A stretch of 64,000 nucleotides of DNA from Candidatus Sabulitectum sp. (GCA_021107435.1 JAIOSV010000104.1:3641-67640); one strand, 5' to 3'. Shown: positions 20,814 to 31,805, numbered from the stretch's first letter. Program-made: numbers and translations. Notes: generated from the letters alone by a model not told the origin.

Positions 20814-21941
20814 ATGGGGAAATCTGTACTTATTACCGGCGGAGCAGGCTTTATTGGATCACATCTCGGGGATTTTTTTCTCTCCAAAGACTATGAAGTT
20901 AAGGCTTTTGACAATCTGGACCCACAGGTTCACGGTGAAAATGCTTCAAGGCCCGGTTATCTGAACAGCGAGATTGAACTCATTGTTGGGGATGTCAGGG
21001 ATACAGAGTCCTTTGCAAAAGCTCTGAAGCCAGCAGATATTCTTGTTCATTTTGCGGCCGCTGTTGGTGTTGGTCAGTCAATGTATGAAATCACAAGATA
21101 CACATCCATAAACACAATGGGAGCCGCAGTAGTTCTTGAAGAAGCTGTGAAGCAGAAAGATCACATTGAGAAAATGCTTGTAGCCAGCTCAATGTCCATT
21201 TACGGAGAAGGTCTTTATATCTGCCCGACCTGCGGAGAGGTCACACCGAAACTCAGACCGGCGGAACAACTTGCCCGGCGCAAGTGGGACATGCTATGCC
21301 CGTCCTGTGACAAAGCGTGTGTTCCCGCGCCCACGCCTGAAACTAAACCCCTCTTCCCCACCAGCGTCTACGCTGTGAACAAGAGAGATCACGAAGAACT
21401 TTTTCTCTCGGTGGGAGATGCTTACGGCATACCAACAACCGCCATGCGTTTCTTCAACGTTTATGGAGAAAGACAGGCGCTGTCCAATCCCTACACAGGA
21501 GTAGGTGCCATCTTTGCCTCAAGGCTGCTTAACGGCAAGCCTCCGGTTGTCTTTGAGGATGGGGGTCAGAGCAGAGACTTCATACATGTACGAGACATCG
21601 CTCGCGGCTGTCTCCTTGCCGTAGAAAACAGCAGATCCAATGGCAAGGTTTTTAATCTTGGTACCGGACGCAAGCTGTCAATATTGGATGTGGGTAAAGC
21701 TATTGCCCGAGAGCTTGGAAGACCAGAGGATGATTTCATTGTTAACAACCAGTACAGAGCCGGAGATATCCGTCACTGCTACGCTGATGTTTCCAAAGCG
21801 GAAAAACTGCTTGGCTTTAAAGCTTCAACTTCTTTTGAAGATGGTGTTGGCGAGCTATGCAGATGGGTCGGTAGCCAGACTGCCACAGACATGGTTGATA
21901 AGGCCACCGAAGAACTAAGAAAAAGAGGACTGACTAGATGA
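20814..21941 (+). CDS. NAD-dependent epimerase/dehydratase (extended SDR) with CxxC..CxxC insertion
   Basis: TGGAGFIGS, YAVNK, RFFNVYG, RDFIHV. Confidence 0.92.
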   Translation: MGKSVLITGGAGFIGSHLGDFFLSKDYEVKAFDNLDPQVHGENASRPGYLNSEIELIVGDVRDTESFAKALKPADILVHFAAAVGVGQSMYEITRYTSINTMGAAVVLEEAVKQKDHIEKMLVASSMSIYGEGLYICPTCGEVTPKLRPAEQLARRKWDMLCPSCDKACVPAPTPETKPLFPTSVYAVNKRDHEELFLSVGDAYGIPTTAMRFFNVYGERQALSNPYTGVGAIFASRLLNGKPPVVFEDGGQSRDFIHVRDIARGCLLAVENSRSNGKVFNLGTGRKLSILDVGKAIARELGRPEDDFIVNNQYRAGDIRHCYADVSKAEKLLGFKASTSFEDGVGELCRWVGSQTATDMVDKATEELRKRGLTR

Positions 21942-23035
21942 GCTTTCATCTGCTCATTGACGCAAGAGCACTGCAGAAAAATGTTGATGGGATCAGCAGA
22001 TTCACCCTGAACGTCACAAGATGTATTATAGGAAAACGACCTGATTGGAAGATAACAACGCTGGTTGGAAAAGATGCTGCATTTCACCTTGAGAATACAG
22101 AAGCTGGAATTATCCTGGATAATTCTTCCAGATTCAGCGCATCAGCGAACAAAAAACTTTCCAGTCGGGTTAATGATATTTCTCCTGATGTATTTTTGAA
22201 CTTCTCCATGGCTGGTCCGCAACCTGATGCTCCTTCCATAATAACGGTACACGACCTGATGGTGCTTAACCTGCCATGCTACTTTGGAGACAGCATTATT
22301 CGAAACGCCTTCAGTCGGTTTCTTTTCCGGAGAGCACTCAAAGCTTCCATCGGGCATGCTTCCGCTATTGCCGTACCCACAATGACCACAAAGCTTGATG
22401 TAATGAGAAGTTTTCAGTCTGCCACTGATATGGTGTTTATTACCGGAGAAGGGCAGGCACTCTTCCCTTCTCCAGTTTCCATACAACAGAAGAGGCAGAA
22501 TTTTTTTCTGTATGTGGGCAATGCTCGAGGCTACAAAAACATACCTCGTTTCCTAACCGCATATGGAAGACTCTGGGCCTTGGATGACAAGACTCCTCCT
22601 CTTGTAATGGTTGTAAGGAAGGACAGGGCCTACAGTTACTTCAGGAAGCACCTGGATTCGAATCCCGCCCGCTCCAACATAAAAGTTCTGACACATATAT
22701 CCGATGATGAACTGCGCAATCTTTATCTTACCTGCAAAGCGCTGCTGATACCCTCCGTTTACGAGGGTTTTGGACTCCCCGCTCTGGAAGCCATGGCCAC
22801 AGGAGCACCGGTTATGGCGTCTAAAACCACTGCTCTTGAGGAAATTGTTGGAGACACTGGTGTTCTCATCGACCCATACTCAATCATAGACATCATGCGT
22901 GGCATGGCCGAACTGTCTACCGCAACCCCCGAGGAACTTAACAAACTCGGTCAACTGGGGCAGAAAAGAGCCGGTATCTTTTCCTGGGAAAAAACCACAG
23001 ACTGCTTTCTTGAACAGATTGAGACACTGGCATGA
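21938..23035 (+). CDS. Glycosyltransferase family 4
   Basis: TVHDL, YKN, YEGFGLPALEAMATG. Confidence 0.9.
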   Translation: MSFHLLIDARALQKNVDGISRFTLNVTRCIIGKRPDWKITTLVGKDAAFHLENTEAGIILDNSSRFSASANKKLSSRVNDISPDVFLNFSMAGPQPDAPSIITVHDLMVLNLPCYFGDSIIRNAFSRFLFRRALKASIGHASAIAVPTMTTKLDVMRSFQSATDMVFITGEGQALFPSPVSIQQKRQNFFLYVGNARGYKNIPRFLTAYGRLWALDDKTPPLVMVVRKDRAYSYFRKHLDSNPARSNIKVLTHISDDELRNLYLTCKALLIPSVYEGFGLPALEAMATGAPVMASKTTALEEIVGDTGVLIDPYSIIDIMRGMAELSTATPEELNKLGQLGQKRAGIFSWEKTTDCFLEQIETLA

Positions 23036-24486
23036 AAGTTACCGTAGTCAACCCTCCATTCATGAATGGAAAGTTCTCGAGAACATCAAGATCGCCTGCT
23101 ATTGTAAAAAGTGGAACAATGTACTGGCCTTTCTGGCTGGCCTATGCTGTGGGAACTCTTGAAAGAGCAGGGCACGATGTCCTTTTTCTTGACTGCCCTG
23201 CCGAAAACATCACAAGACATATGCTGATGAGCACGTTGCAGGAAACATCCCCCGCAATGATAGTTCTGGATACCAGCACTCCATCAATTCACAATGACCT
23301 GTCAGTTTCAAAGGAAATTGCCCTGCTACTACCTGAGGCTTCTCTTTTTCTTGTTGGAACCCACGTAAGCGCCCTTCCTGAGAAAGTTCTTCTTTCCGCG
23401 CCATACATCACGGGTGTAGCCGCAGGTGAATACGATCTTACCATCCCAGAAGCTGCCAGCACAATACAGAATAATGGCGATCTTCAACAGATTCCGGGAC
23501 TCTGGTTAAATACATCTGACAAGCCCTTCTTCACTGGATACAGAGAACCAATTTCAGACCTTGACTCTCTTCCCATGCTGGCTGATGTATACAGGAAACA
23601 CCTGAAGCCTGAAAACTATTTCTTTGCCGCTGCCAGATATCCTTCTGTAATGATTATCTCAAGCAGGGGATGCCCTTTCAAATGTTCCTACTGTGTCTGG
23701 CCACAGGTTCTCCATGGCGGAATATACCGTTCAAGATCCGCAAAGAATGTTGCCGGGGAATTTGTAAAAGTACAGGAGTACTTTCCTCAGGTTCAGGAGA
23801 TTGTCTTTGAAGACGATACCTTCAGCGTAGACTCCATCCGTGTAGAAGAAATCTCTGAAGCGCTGATTACCGCAGGCTGCAGATTACCATGGACAGCAAA
23901 TACAAGGGCAAACCTTTCCCTGGAAGCAATGAAAAAAATGCGCAGGGCAGGCTGCAGAATGATTATTGTAGGCTATGAATCCGGCAGCCAGAAAGTTCTC
24001 AATGGAGTAAACAAAGGAACCACAGTGGAACAGAACCTCAGCTTCGCAAAAAGGGCAAAACAGGCTGGCCTGCTGGTTCACGGCTGCTTCATGGCGGGAA
24101 ATCCCGGAGAGACTCGGGAAACCCTGGCGGAGACTCTGAAAATGGCAATCAGGCTCAAACCGGACACAGCGCAGTTTTTCCCGATTATGGCTTATCCCGG
24201 AACCAGACTGTACGAACAATACCGTTCTTCCGGAATTTTAAGAACTGAGGATTACAGAAACTGGCTCACTGAAGAAGGACTTCATAACTGTGTTGTTGAT
24301 CTGCCGGATCTCTCAGCCGAAGATCTGGTCAGATGGTGTCATGAGGCAAGACGCAAATTCTATCTTCGACCGGGGTATCTTGTTTACAAGGCTATACAAA
24401 CCCTCCTTCACCCAACCACAGAAGGTCGTCGAACTGCCAGAGCTTTCTCTACCTTCAGAAAACACCTGTTCAGGAAAAGTTCATGA
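23032..24486 (+). CDS. Cobalamin-binding radical SAM protein (HpnJ-like)
   Basis: SRGCPFKCSYC CxxxCxxC, FEDDTF, VGYESG, YPGT; N-terminal B12-binding region. Confidence 0.9.
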   Translation: MKVTVVNPPFMNGKFSRTSRSPAIVKSGTMYWPFWLAYAVGTLERAGHDVLFLDCPAENITRHMLMSTLQETSPAMIVLDTSTPSIHNDLSVSKEIALLLPEASLFLVGTHVSALPEKVLLSAPYITGVAAGEYDLTIPEAASTIQNNGDLQQIPGLWLNTSDKPFFTGYREPISDLDSLPMLADVYRKHLKPENYFFAAARYPSVMIISSRGCPFKCSYCVWPQVLHGGIYRSRSAKNVAGEFVKVQEYFPQVQEIVFEDDTFSVDSIRVEEISEALITAGCRLPWTANTRANLSLEAMKKMRRAGCRMIIVGYESGSQKVLNGVNKGTTVEQNLSFAKRAKQAGLLVHGCFMAGNPGETRETLAETLKMAIRLKPDTAQFFPIMAYPGTRLYEQYRSSGILRTEDYRNWLTEEGLHNCVVDLPDLSAEDLVRWCHEARRKFYLRPGYLVYKAIQTLLHPTTEGRRTARAFSTFRKHLFRKSS

Positions 24487-25877
24487 GAAAACTCAGCATT
24501 TTTCTGGGCATGTTTTTTGACGCCATGGCAATCTTCTTATCACTGTACCTCTCTGCCTTTATCAAATTCAGATGGGGTATATTCCCTGGCGTTTCCCCTG
24601 TATCTTCTCAGATAATCGTATACGGAAGCCTTGCTTCAATTATCTACTGGTGGATAACATTTTCTCTTACCGGCGCATACAGACTGCACTGGGACAGAAG
24701 CTGGGCTGACGAAATCAAAATGGTGTTCAAGCCAATAGTAGCAGGATTTGTGATTCTTTCTCTCTTCGCGTTTCTCATCTCTCCACAGGCCTCCATTGGA
24801 CGATGGATATTTTTTGTCTACTTCACCCTTATCAATCTTCTTGTCTATACAGCGAGAAGTTTTTCCAGATTGCTTGAACGAAGACTTGCCAAAAAAAAGC
24901 TTCTTCGAAGAAATGTTCTGGTTATCGGGCTGGGAAAATCAGCGAAAGAACTGCAGGATTACCTGGCAATTAATCCGTCTCTGGGATACAATGTAGTGGG
25001 GTTTATAAACCCCCCTCATCCAGTCATCAACCCTGCAATTACGAGACTGCCTCTGGGCGAGGTAATTGACATTGCAGACCTTGCAAAAAAACATGACATA
25101 ACTGATCTTCTGGTTACCATTGCTTCAAATTTCCATGATGACATCCTCAGTCTTCTCCTTCCCTCTGTACAAAGTGGCATCCGGGTCAAACTGGTGCCGG
25201 ATCTTTTCGATGTAGTAGCCGGCCATGTACACAACACTCAGATTCTCGGGCAGCCTCTGATGGAACTTGTACCGGACAGGCTTTCATTCTGGGAGAAGCT
25301 GGTGAAGACCGCTGGAGATTATCTGATCAGTCTGATGGTAATAATCCTTGGATTACCGCTCTGGATTTTTGTCAGCGTGGCAATAGCTATTGATTCCAGA
25401 GGTGGAGTATTCTACCGACAAAAAAGAACCGGAGAAGGCGGCAAAGTTTACAGAATATTCAAATTCAGATCCATGGTAGCAGATGCGGAAAAAGGCACCG
25501 GCGCAGTTTGGGCCGGGAAAGATGACGCCAGAGTAACAAAGACAGGCAGGATTATTCGGAAAACTCGTATAGATGAAGTTCCACAGTTCCTCAACGTCCT
25601 TACCGGTGATATGGCAGTAGTCGGCCCGCGACCTGAACGACCGGAAATAATTGAAGAGCTTAGAACGATTTACCCATTCTACGACAAACGCTTAACTGTA
25701 AAACCAGGTATTACCGGCTGGGCTCAGGTTAACCTGGAATACGACACAAGCATTGAAGATGTATCCAGGAAACTCACACACGATTTTCAGTACATAGAGA
25801 ATCAGTCGCTATTCCTTGATCTGGAGATTCTCGCGAGAACAGTTCTCGTGGTTCTCACCGGAAAGGGCGCGCACTGA
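24483..25877 (+). CDS. Polyprenyl-phosphate sugar phosphotransferase (WcaJ/WbaP family)
   Basis: FKFRSM, RIDEVPQFLNVL.GDM.VVGPRPE, KPGITGWAQVN. Confidence 0.93.
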   Translation: MRKLSIFLGMFFDAMAIFLSLYLSAFIKFRWGIFPGVSPVSSQIIVYGSLASIIYWWITFSLTGAYRLHWDRSWADEIKMVFKPIVAGFVILSLFAFLISPQASIGRWIFFVYFTLINLLVYTARSFSRLLERRLAKKKLLRRNVLVIGLGKSAKELQDYLAINPSLGYNVVGFINPPHPVINPAITRLPLGEVIDIADLAKKHDITDLLVTIASNFHDDILSLLLPSVQSGIRVKLVPDLFDVVAGHVHNTQILGQPLMELVPDRLSFWEKLVKTAGDYLISLMVIILGLPLWIFVSVAIAIDSRGGVFYRQKRTGEGGKVYRIFKFRSMVADAEKGTGAVWAGKDDARVTKTGRIIRKTRIDEVPQFLNVLTGDMAVVGPRPERPEIIEELRTIYPFYDKRLTVKPGITGWAQVNLEYDTSIEDVSRKLTHDFQYIENQSLFLDLEILARTVLVVLTGKGAH

Positions 25878-25902
25878 GTGCTATTGTGAAAGGAATAAAA
25901 CA

Positions 25903-27054
25903 ATGCAGGTTCCACTTCTTGACATAAATCGCCAGCACGCAGGCATAGAAAAAGAATTGAAACAGGTTTTCGCTGACGCTCTTTCAAATTCGAGGTTTAT
26001 CAAAGGACCTGAAATGGAAGCACTTGAAAAAGAATTCGCAGAATACTCCGGAACAGCAGACGCAATTGGATGCGCTTCCGGAACAGACGCGTTGATTCTC
26101 GCGCTTCAGGCAATCGGACTGAAGAGAGATGAGCTTGTCATCACCGTGCCATTCACCTTTTTCGCCACTGCTGGCGCCATAGTCAGAGCCGGAGGAATTC
26201 CTGCTTTTATTGACATTCTCCCGGACACTTTCAACATGAATCCCGATCTTCTTGCGGAATGGCTCAACACCAACTGCGCCATAACCAGCAGGGGAGTTGT
26301 CCACAGGGAAACCAGGAAAAGAGTAGCCGCAATCATGCCGGTACACATCTTCGGTCAGATTTGTAACATGGACTCTATCAATGCCACTGCTTCCACCTGG
26401 GATCTTCCTGTAATTGAGGATGCCGCCCAGGCTGCTGGAGCGAAATGGAGAAATTCCAGAGCTGGCTCTATGGGCACTATTGGCTGCTTCAGCTTCTTCC
26501 CTTCAAAGAATCTTGGCGCACTGGGAGACGGCGGAATGCTAACCACTAACAGCACTGAACTTGCAGAAAGGCTCAGAAGCCTCCGTGAGCACGGCGGCAA
26601 GGGTTACCTTCATTCAGAAGTTGGAACAAACAGCCGCTTGGATGCAATTCAGGCAGGCTTTCTGAGAGTCAAGCTTCGCAAGCTTGAGGAATGGCATGCT
26701 GGAAGAAGGGCAAACGCAGAGAGATACAGGCAGGCTTTTGCTGATGTTGATCAAGTACAAACTCCTGTTATCGATCCAAGAGCCTGGTCAATATACAATC
26801 AGTACACACTTCTTGCGCAGAACAGGGACGAACTGCTAAGCTTTTTGAGAGGTAAGCAGATCGGCTGTGCTGTATACTACCCTCTCACTCTTCATCTTCA
26901 GAAGTGCTTCGCCGATCTGTGCTATTCAAAAGGAGACTTCAAGGTTTCAGAGAACTGCAGCGGGAAAGTCATTTCGTTACCTGTATTTGGGGAACTTACA
27001 AAGGAAGAGCAGGATGAAGTTATTGCCGCAGTTAAGGAATTTTACCAGAGGTAA
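25903..27054 (+). CDS. DegT/DnrJ/EryC1/StrS aminotransferase
   Basis: SGTDAL, IEDAAQA, FSFFPSKNLGALGDGG, NSRLD; start placed at MQVPLLD. Confidence 0.93.
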   Translation: MQVPLLDINRQHAGIEKELKQVFADALSNSRFIKGPEMEALEKEFAEYSGTADAIGCASGTDALILALQAIGLKRDELVITVPFTFFATAGAIVRAGGIPAFIDILPDTFNMNPDLLAEWLNTNCAITSRGVVHRETRKRVAAIMPVHIFGQICNMDSINATASTWDLPVIEDAAQAAGAKWRNSRAGSMGTIGCFSFFPSKNLGALGDGGMLTTNSTELAERLRSLREHGGKGYLHSEVGTNSRLDAIQAGFLRVKLRKLEEWHAGRRANAERYRQAFADVDQVQTPVIDPRAWSIYNQYTLLAQNRDELLSFLRGKQIGCAVYYPLTLHLQKCFADLCYSKGDFKVSENCSGKVISLPVFGELTKEEQDEVIAAVKEFYQR

Positions 27055-27742
27055 ATTCCTGATTGCCGTTCTCGTAGCGGCAGTAGCAGCAGGTCAGGAT
27101 TTTGTAGAAAACACACTGGAAACAGGAGAAAACCTGTTTAGCTCAATTCCCCTGTCAATTCTCACGGCAGGAGCTGCAGGATCGTTCTTTGCATTTAAAA
27201 CGGAAGATCCCGCCGGATACCGGGGCTTTCTCCTGGGACAACCCTTTGCGACCATGGACAGAGTTGACAACCTGATCTTTGGTGAAGCCCTTCCGGTATC
27301 GACAGCAACTTTGTGGATAGCAGGCAGACTCTCTGATTCAGTTAAAATGGAAAATACAGGGGAAGAACTCTGCCGTGGCTTGCTGTACACCTACAGTATT
27401 GTTCAAACGCTCAAGTACGCGACCGGAAGAACCAGACCGGATGGATCCAGTAACAGGAGTTTTCCCTCAGGTCATGCCGCAGGAGCTTCATGTACAGCAG
27501 CTGTCCTCTGGAACAGGTACGGCCCTGAAGTTGGAATACCTCTTTCTGCCCTGGCTCTCTACACTTGTGTCTCAAGAGTCAATCTTGGCAAGCACTTTCC
27601 TTCAGATGTTGTTCTTGGAGCCGCAATCGGCGCAGCCTGCGGGATTGCTTCCGCAATAGCAGATAACAATGAGGAGGGGAAAAGCGGTTTTTTCTCATTC
27701 TCCCTGTCTGTTGATACCGAAGGGAGGATAGGTCTATGGTAA
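27014..27742 (+). CDS. PAP2-family phosphatase
   Basis: KYATGRTRP, SFPSGH, SRVNLGKHFPSD; start uncertain. Confidence 0.88.
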   Translation: MKLLPQLRNFTRGKFLIAVLVAAVAAGQDFVENTLETGENLFSSIPLSILTAGAAGSFFAFKTEDPAGYRGFLLGQPFATMDRVDNLIFGEALPVSTATLWIAGRLSDSVKMENTGEELCRGLLYTYSIVQTLKYATGRTRPDGSSNRSFPSGHAAGASCTAAVLWNRYGPEVGIPLSALALYTCVSRVNLGKHFPSDVVLGAAIGAACGIASAIADNNEEGKSGFFSFSLSVDTEGRIGLW

Positions 27743-28086
27743 AGAAACGAATTGACAGCTTCGGACATGCCTTCAGAGGCCTTGTTACTCTGTTAAGAAC
27801 CCAGCCAAACGCGAAATTCCACCTGCTCGCTACTGTTTGTGTTATCGCTCTTGGTCTCTTTCTGAATGTCAGCCGCATTGATTGGGCCATACTTTCGCTT
27901 GCTGTTGGCTCTGTCTGGGCTGCTGAGGCCATGAACACAGGTTTGGAATTCCTTGCGGATCGAGTAGCGCCTGAGTGGCACCAACTGGTTGGAAACGCAA
28001 AGGATGTCACAGCGGGCGGTGTTCTCGCGGCATCAATCGCCGCCGCAGTTGCCGGCCTTCTTATATTCCTTCCTCATATTTTCTAG
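27736..28086 (+). CDS. dgkA: Diacylglycerol/undecaprenol kinase family protein
   Basis: SFGHAFRG, EAMNTGLE, AKDVTAGGV. Confidence 0.88.
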   Translation: MVKKRIDSFGHAFRGLVTLLRTQPNAKFHLLATVCVIALGLFLNVSRIDWAILSLAVGSVWAAEAMNTGLEFLADRVAPEWHQLVGNAKDVTAGGVLAASIAAAVAGLLIFLPHIF

Positions 28087-28105
28087 AAACATTCGGAGAT
28101 GAAAA

Positions 28106-29362
28106 ATGCTTGACCGGAAATTGCTGAGAAAAGAACCGCGAAGAGTCGCGGAGGCTGCAAGAGCAAAAAACGAGAAAATTGATATTGAGCAGTGGCTTGA
28201 GACCGATTCAGCCAGAAGAACTCTTATGCTTGAGATTGAAGAACTTCGAAAACAGAGGAATCTGTTTTCAAAAGCAGTATCCGCAAAGAAGAGAAGTGGA
28301 GAGAACGCGAACGCGGAAGTGACTCAAAGCCGTGAAGCCGGTTCAAGACTCAGCATACTGGAAAGCAATCTCAATGAAATGGATAACCGGCTTTATGAGA
28401 TGGAAAAAAATTTCCCGAATATTCCTGATTCCGATGTACCCCTGGGCGGCGAAGAAAAAAATATTGTCCTCCAAACATGGGGAGAAATCCCTGAATTCGA
28501 TTTTCAGCCCAGGCCTCACTGGGAACTTATGGAGAATGTCTTTCAGCCTGAGGCAGCAGGCAGGATCGCGGGATCCAATTTCATTCTTTTCCGCGGATGG
28601 GCAGCAAAGCTTCAGAGAACCCTTATAAGCTGGATGCTTGACTACCATACTGAAACTGGCATGGAGGAGATCTGGGCACCATTTGTGGCAAAACCGGAAT
28701 CAATGACTGCTACGGCACAGCTTCCCAAAATGGACGACGATATGTACAGGATAGGTCGAGATAATCTCTACCTTATTCCTACAGGCGAGGTACCAATCAC
28801 AAATTTGTACAGAGATCAGCTTCTGGAAGAAGCCGATCTGCCAGTTAGACTCTGCGGTTACACACCCTGCTTCAGAAGAGAAGCTGGTAGTTACGGTAAA
28901 GACAACAGAGGTCTGAACAGAGTTCACCAGTTTGAGAAAGTGGAAATGGTTCGTCTTGAACATCCTGACAGATCAGACGAGGCTCATGAGGAACTTCTTA
29001 ACCATGCAGCCGGTATGCTGAAGCTTCTTGGCATACCATACAGAGTTCTGCTTCTTGCCTCCGGAGATCTCAGTTTTGCTGCGGCAAAATGCTTTGATAT
29101 TGAGATATGGTCTGCGGGTCAAAATAAATGGCTTGAAGTCTCGTCCATAGCTAATTTCCGCGATTTCCAGGCCAGAAGAGGCAATATGAAATATCGTCCG
29201 GCAGGCGGTGGAAAACCTCTGTTTGTACATACGCTGAACGGCTCGGGACTTGCTCTGCCCAGACTGATCATCTCTCTGATAGAAAATGGACAGCAGGCAG
29301 ATGGAAGTATCAAACTTCCATCCGCTCTGTCTGAAAGAATGGGAACTGAAGTAATCCGTTAA
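28106..29362 (+). CDS. serS: Serine--tRNA ligase
   Basis: LIPTGEVP, CFRREAGSYG, RVHQFEKVE, HTLNGSGLA. Confidence 0.97.
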   Translation: MLDRKLLRKEPRRVAEAARAKNEKIDIEQWLETDSARRTLMLEIEELRKQRNLFSKAVSAKKRSGENANAEVTQSREAGSRLSILESNLNEMDNRLYEMEKNFPNIPDSDVPLGGEEKNIVLQTWGEIPEFDFQPRPHWELMENVFQPEAAGRIAGSNFILFRGWAAKLQRTLISWMLDYHTETGMEEIWAPFVAKPESMTATAQLPKMDDDMYRIGRDNLYLIPTGEVPITNLYRDQLLEEADLPVRLCGYTPCFRREAGSYGKDNRGLNRVHQFEKVEMVRLEHPDRSDEAHEELLNHAAGMLKLLGIPYRVLLLASGDLSFAAAKCFDIEIWSAGQNKWLEVSSIANFRDFQARRGNMKYRPAGGGKPLFVHTLNGSGLALPRLIISLIENGQQADGSIKLPSALSERMGTEVIR

Positions 29363-29369
29363 AGCCGGA

Positions 29370-30602
29370 TTACTTCCTCTTTTTCCTCCTGAAGTCGTTT
29401 CTTATTTCCTGTTTCAAGTTGTTCCATTTGTTCCAGGCTTCAGGGTTCTCCTGGCGAAGCTGATGCCATCTCTCGCGGGAGAAAAGAAAGATGCCAAGAA
29501 ACACTGCTGTAACAAGAAATAACTCAATCCAGATGTAAAGTCTCTTTGGGCCGCTCTTCCATCCGGGATGCCTTGGAGGATCAAGTATTCGCAGAGAGCT
29601 TGTTATGCTGGCTTCCTGAATGAGCGCCTGCTCAACCTGCAGATCAAGAGCAATTGACATCTTCAACTGCATCTGAAAGTCGGTCTGAAGCCTTGCGTAC
29701 TGTATCATTGCAGGAGGCAGGTTACTCAGGCCCACTCCAAAAGAAACACCACCGGAAGAGGAGCCATACTCAATAACTTCAATTGACCGTCTCAGTGCTT
29801 CAGCCCTGGTTTCAAGTTCCAGAAGCTGTGCTGTAGTTCCGGATCTTATACCGTTTCTGACCGCGCTGGCCATCAGAGTTGTTTCAATATATCTGCCCTT
29901 CATTTCAGCAAGAACAGACATCGCCTGCTCAAGTTCTTCATTGGGCAGAATTGTGCCGTACTCTTCCTCAAATCGAAGTATGGCTGCTGTTGTGGTCTCA
30001 AGCCCCGCCTGAGCAACGGCCAGCTGGTTCTCAGTACTTTCTCTGCTTGTTCTGTAACGGGCCATAGTAATACTGGTATTTATGCTGTCTAGAAGAAAAA
30101 CAACCCGCTCGGATATCTCCACCGAGTACATAGGATCCTTGGAAGTTACTGTTATCTCAAGAAACCCTGAAGAGGTTACTTTCGCGGAATAGTTCTTTCT
30201 GAATATTCTTCTTGCCATAAACATGGCAACCTCAGGATGAGTTTCATATCTTTCAGTGAAATCCAGACTGTCAATATATCCTGTGCTGAAAATAGTTTGA
30301 TCAATTAGAGTTCTGCTGTTAAGGATCTCGGAGTAGACATCGGCGAGAGTGGTCATCAGAGGAAGAGAATATCCCATACCCCCGCTGAAAAATCCCGCGA
30401 ACTCGCCCAACGAAAGTCCCCCGAGACTCAATGCGGGAGAAGCCTGCTCCTCGGGGGGAAGAATAACTGTTGTCACAGTGTATTTTTTCGGGAGAAGATA
30501 AGTGATGCCAATGGTAATGGACATCACAATTGCAAATACTTTTATTATGAATATCCTGTTCTTCAAGAGAACATATGGAAAGTTGTTAGGCGCTCTACTC
30601 AT
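29370..30602 (-). CDS. Wzz/GumC-type polysaccharide chain-length regulator
   Basis: Two terminal TM segments, coiled-coil periplasmic region, ILDPP...PKR motif. Confidence 0.8.
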   Translation of the reverse strand: MSRAPNNFPYVLLKNRIFIIKVFAIVMSITIGITYLLPKKYTVTTVILPPEEQASPALSLGGLSLGEFAGFFSGGMGYSLPLMTTLADVYSEILNSRTLIDQTIFSTGYIDSLDFTERYETHPEVAMFMARRIFRKNYSAKVTSSGFLEITVTSKDPMYSVEISERVVFLLDSINTSITMARYRTSRESTENQLAVAQAGLETTTAAILRFEEEYGTILPNEELEQAMSVLAEMKGRYIETTLMASAVRNGIRSGTTAQLLELETRAEALRRSIEVIEYGSSSGGVSFGVGLSNLPPAMIQYARLQTDFQMQLKMSIALDLQVEQALIQEASITSSLRILDPPRHPGWKSGPKRLYIWIELFLVTAVFLGIFLFSRERWHQLRQENPEAWNKWNNLKQEIRNDFRRKKRK

Positions 30603-30611
30603 TTTCTTCCC

Positions 30612-31781
30612 CTAATTAAATATACTCTGATACGCTATCACTACTGTGGCAACTCCGGTAAGAATAGTAAGGTATTCCTCCCAGAATTTAACAGGTACTC
30701 TCGGTACTTCAATTGTTGCGCCTGGCGGCACAACGTCTGTCAACTCAACATCGATTTTTGTTCCGTCAGACAGTACAACTTTTACACCGCCCCGCCTGGC
30801 TACAGAGTTAAAGCCTCCCGCCATTCCTATGTAATAGTTAACACCCATCCCCGGCGAGTACGGAACAGGAGTAGTAGCAATAACCTGGCCTGTTACATTA
30901 ATAAAATCGGGAGATGAAGGCACCACTACTCTGTCACCGGGCTGAAGCCTGACAAACGCAGCTGTGCCCTGCATATTGAACGGTATAATAGCTGGTATTG
31001 AATCGGTGTTCACGCGACATACGTAGCATCCGTCAAGATTGGCAGAGCTGGATGCTCCACCCACTCTCGCTATTGCTTCTCTGGCATACTCTCCGGGAAT
31101 AAATTCAACCACCAGTCGATTTGCCAGCGTCAATCCGGATTCTAAATCTACCGATTGAACAAGAACAGCCCCCTCTATGAGAATTGTAGCGGCAGTAACC
31201 GGAACGTGTATTCTGGTATTTCTCTGCATAAGCGGGTTAGAATTCATGTTTCCGTGCATCAAATAATCATTCAGATTAAACACCGTAGAATCACCACTCA
31301 GAGAGATAACAAGTACACCTGAAGCGGCTCCGGTGGAAACCACTCCTCCTGCATACCCCAGTGCCTCCGTAAGCCGGGAAAGACCGTTCACGGTAACAAT
31401 TCCCGGTCTGCCAACCTGACCTGTAACGGGAATCTGAAAACTGGCAGATCTGGCAAGACCCACACTGACATCCATCCCCCCGTAAACACTTGCGAAGAGA
31501 TCAGCTACTGTTTCCTGAAGAGCCCGGAGGGTCATTCCATTTGTATAAATCTGCGGCATACCAGAAATATTAATAACACCATCCAGCGCAACAGGAAAAA
31601 CTACCACCGAAACTTCTTCATCCAGAGTAGAAAAAGGAATCCCGCCGGGTAAAGATATCCAGATATCGTCACCGGGATTAACCAGATACTTCTCTGGATT
31701 AAAGTAATCAGCCGGTGTAAAAGGTACCTGTGCCTGCGCACCCATCAGCAGGAGAAGACTAAAACCTATATTCAGCATCAA
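30612..31781 (-). CDS. Polysaccharide export protein with SLBB domains (Wza/KpsD-like)
   Basis: YLVNPGD, VTGQVGRPG, LQPGDRVVVP, YYIGMAGGF. Confidence 0.82.
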   Translation of the reverse strand: MMLNIGFSLLLLMGAQAQVPFTPADYFNPEKYLVNPGDDIWISLPGGIPFSTLDEEVSVVVFPVALDGVINISGMPQIYTNGMTLRALQETVADLFASVYGGMDVSVGLARSASFQIPVTGQVGRPGIVTVNGLSRLTEALGYAGGVVSTGAASGVLVISLSGDSTVFNLNDYLMHGNMNSNPLMQRNTRIHVPVTAATILIEGAVLVQSVDLESGLTLANRLVVEFIPGEYAREAIARVGGASSSANLDGCYVCRVNTDSIPAIIPFNMQGTAAFVRLQPGDRVVVPSSPDFINVTGQVIATTPVPYSPGMGVNYYIGMAGGFNSVARRGGVKVVLSDGTKIDVELTDVVPPGATIEVPRVPVKFWEEYLTILTGVATVVIAYQSIFN

Positions 31782-31805
31782 AAAATCCTCCTTGCATAAC
31801 GATAT

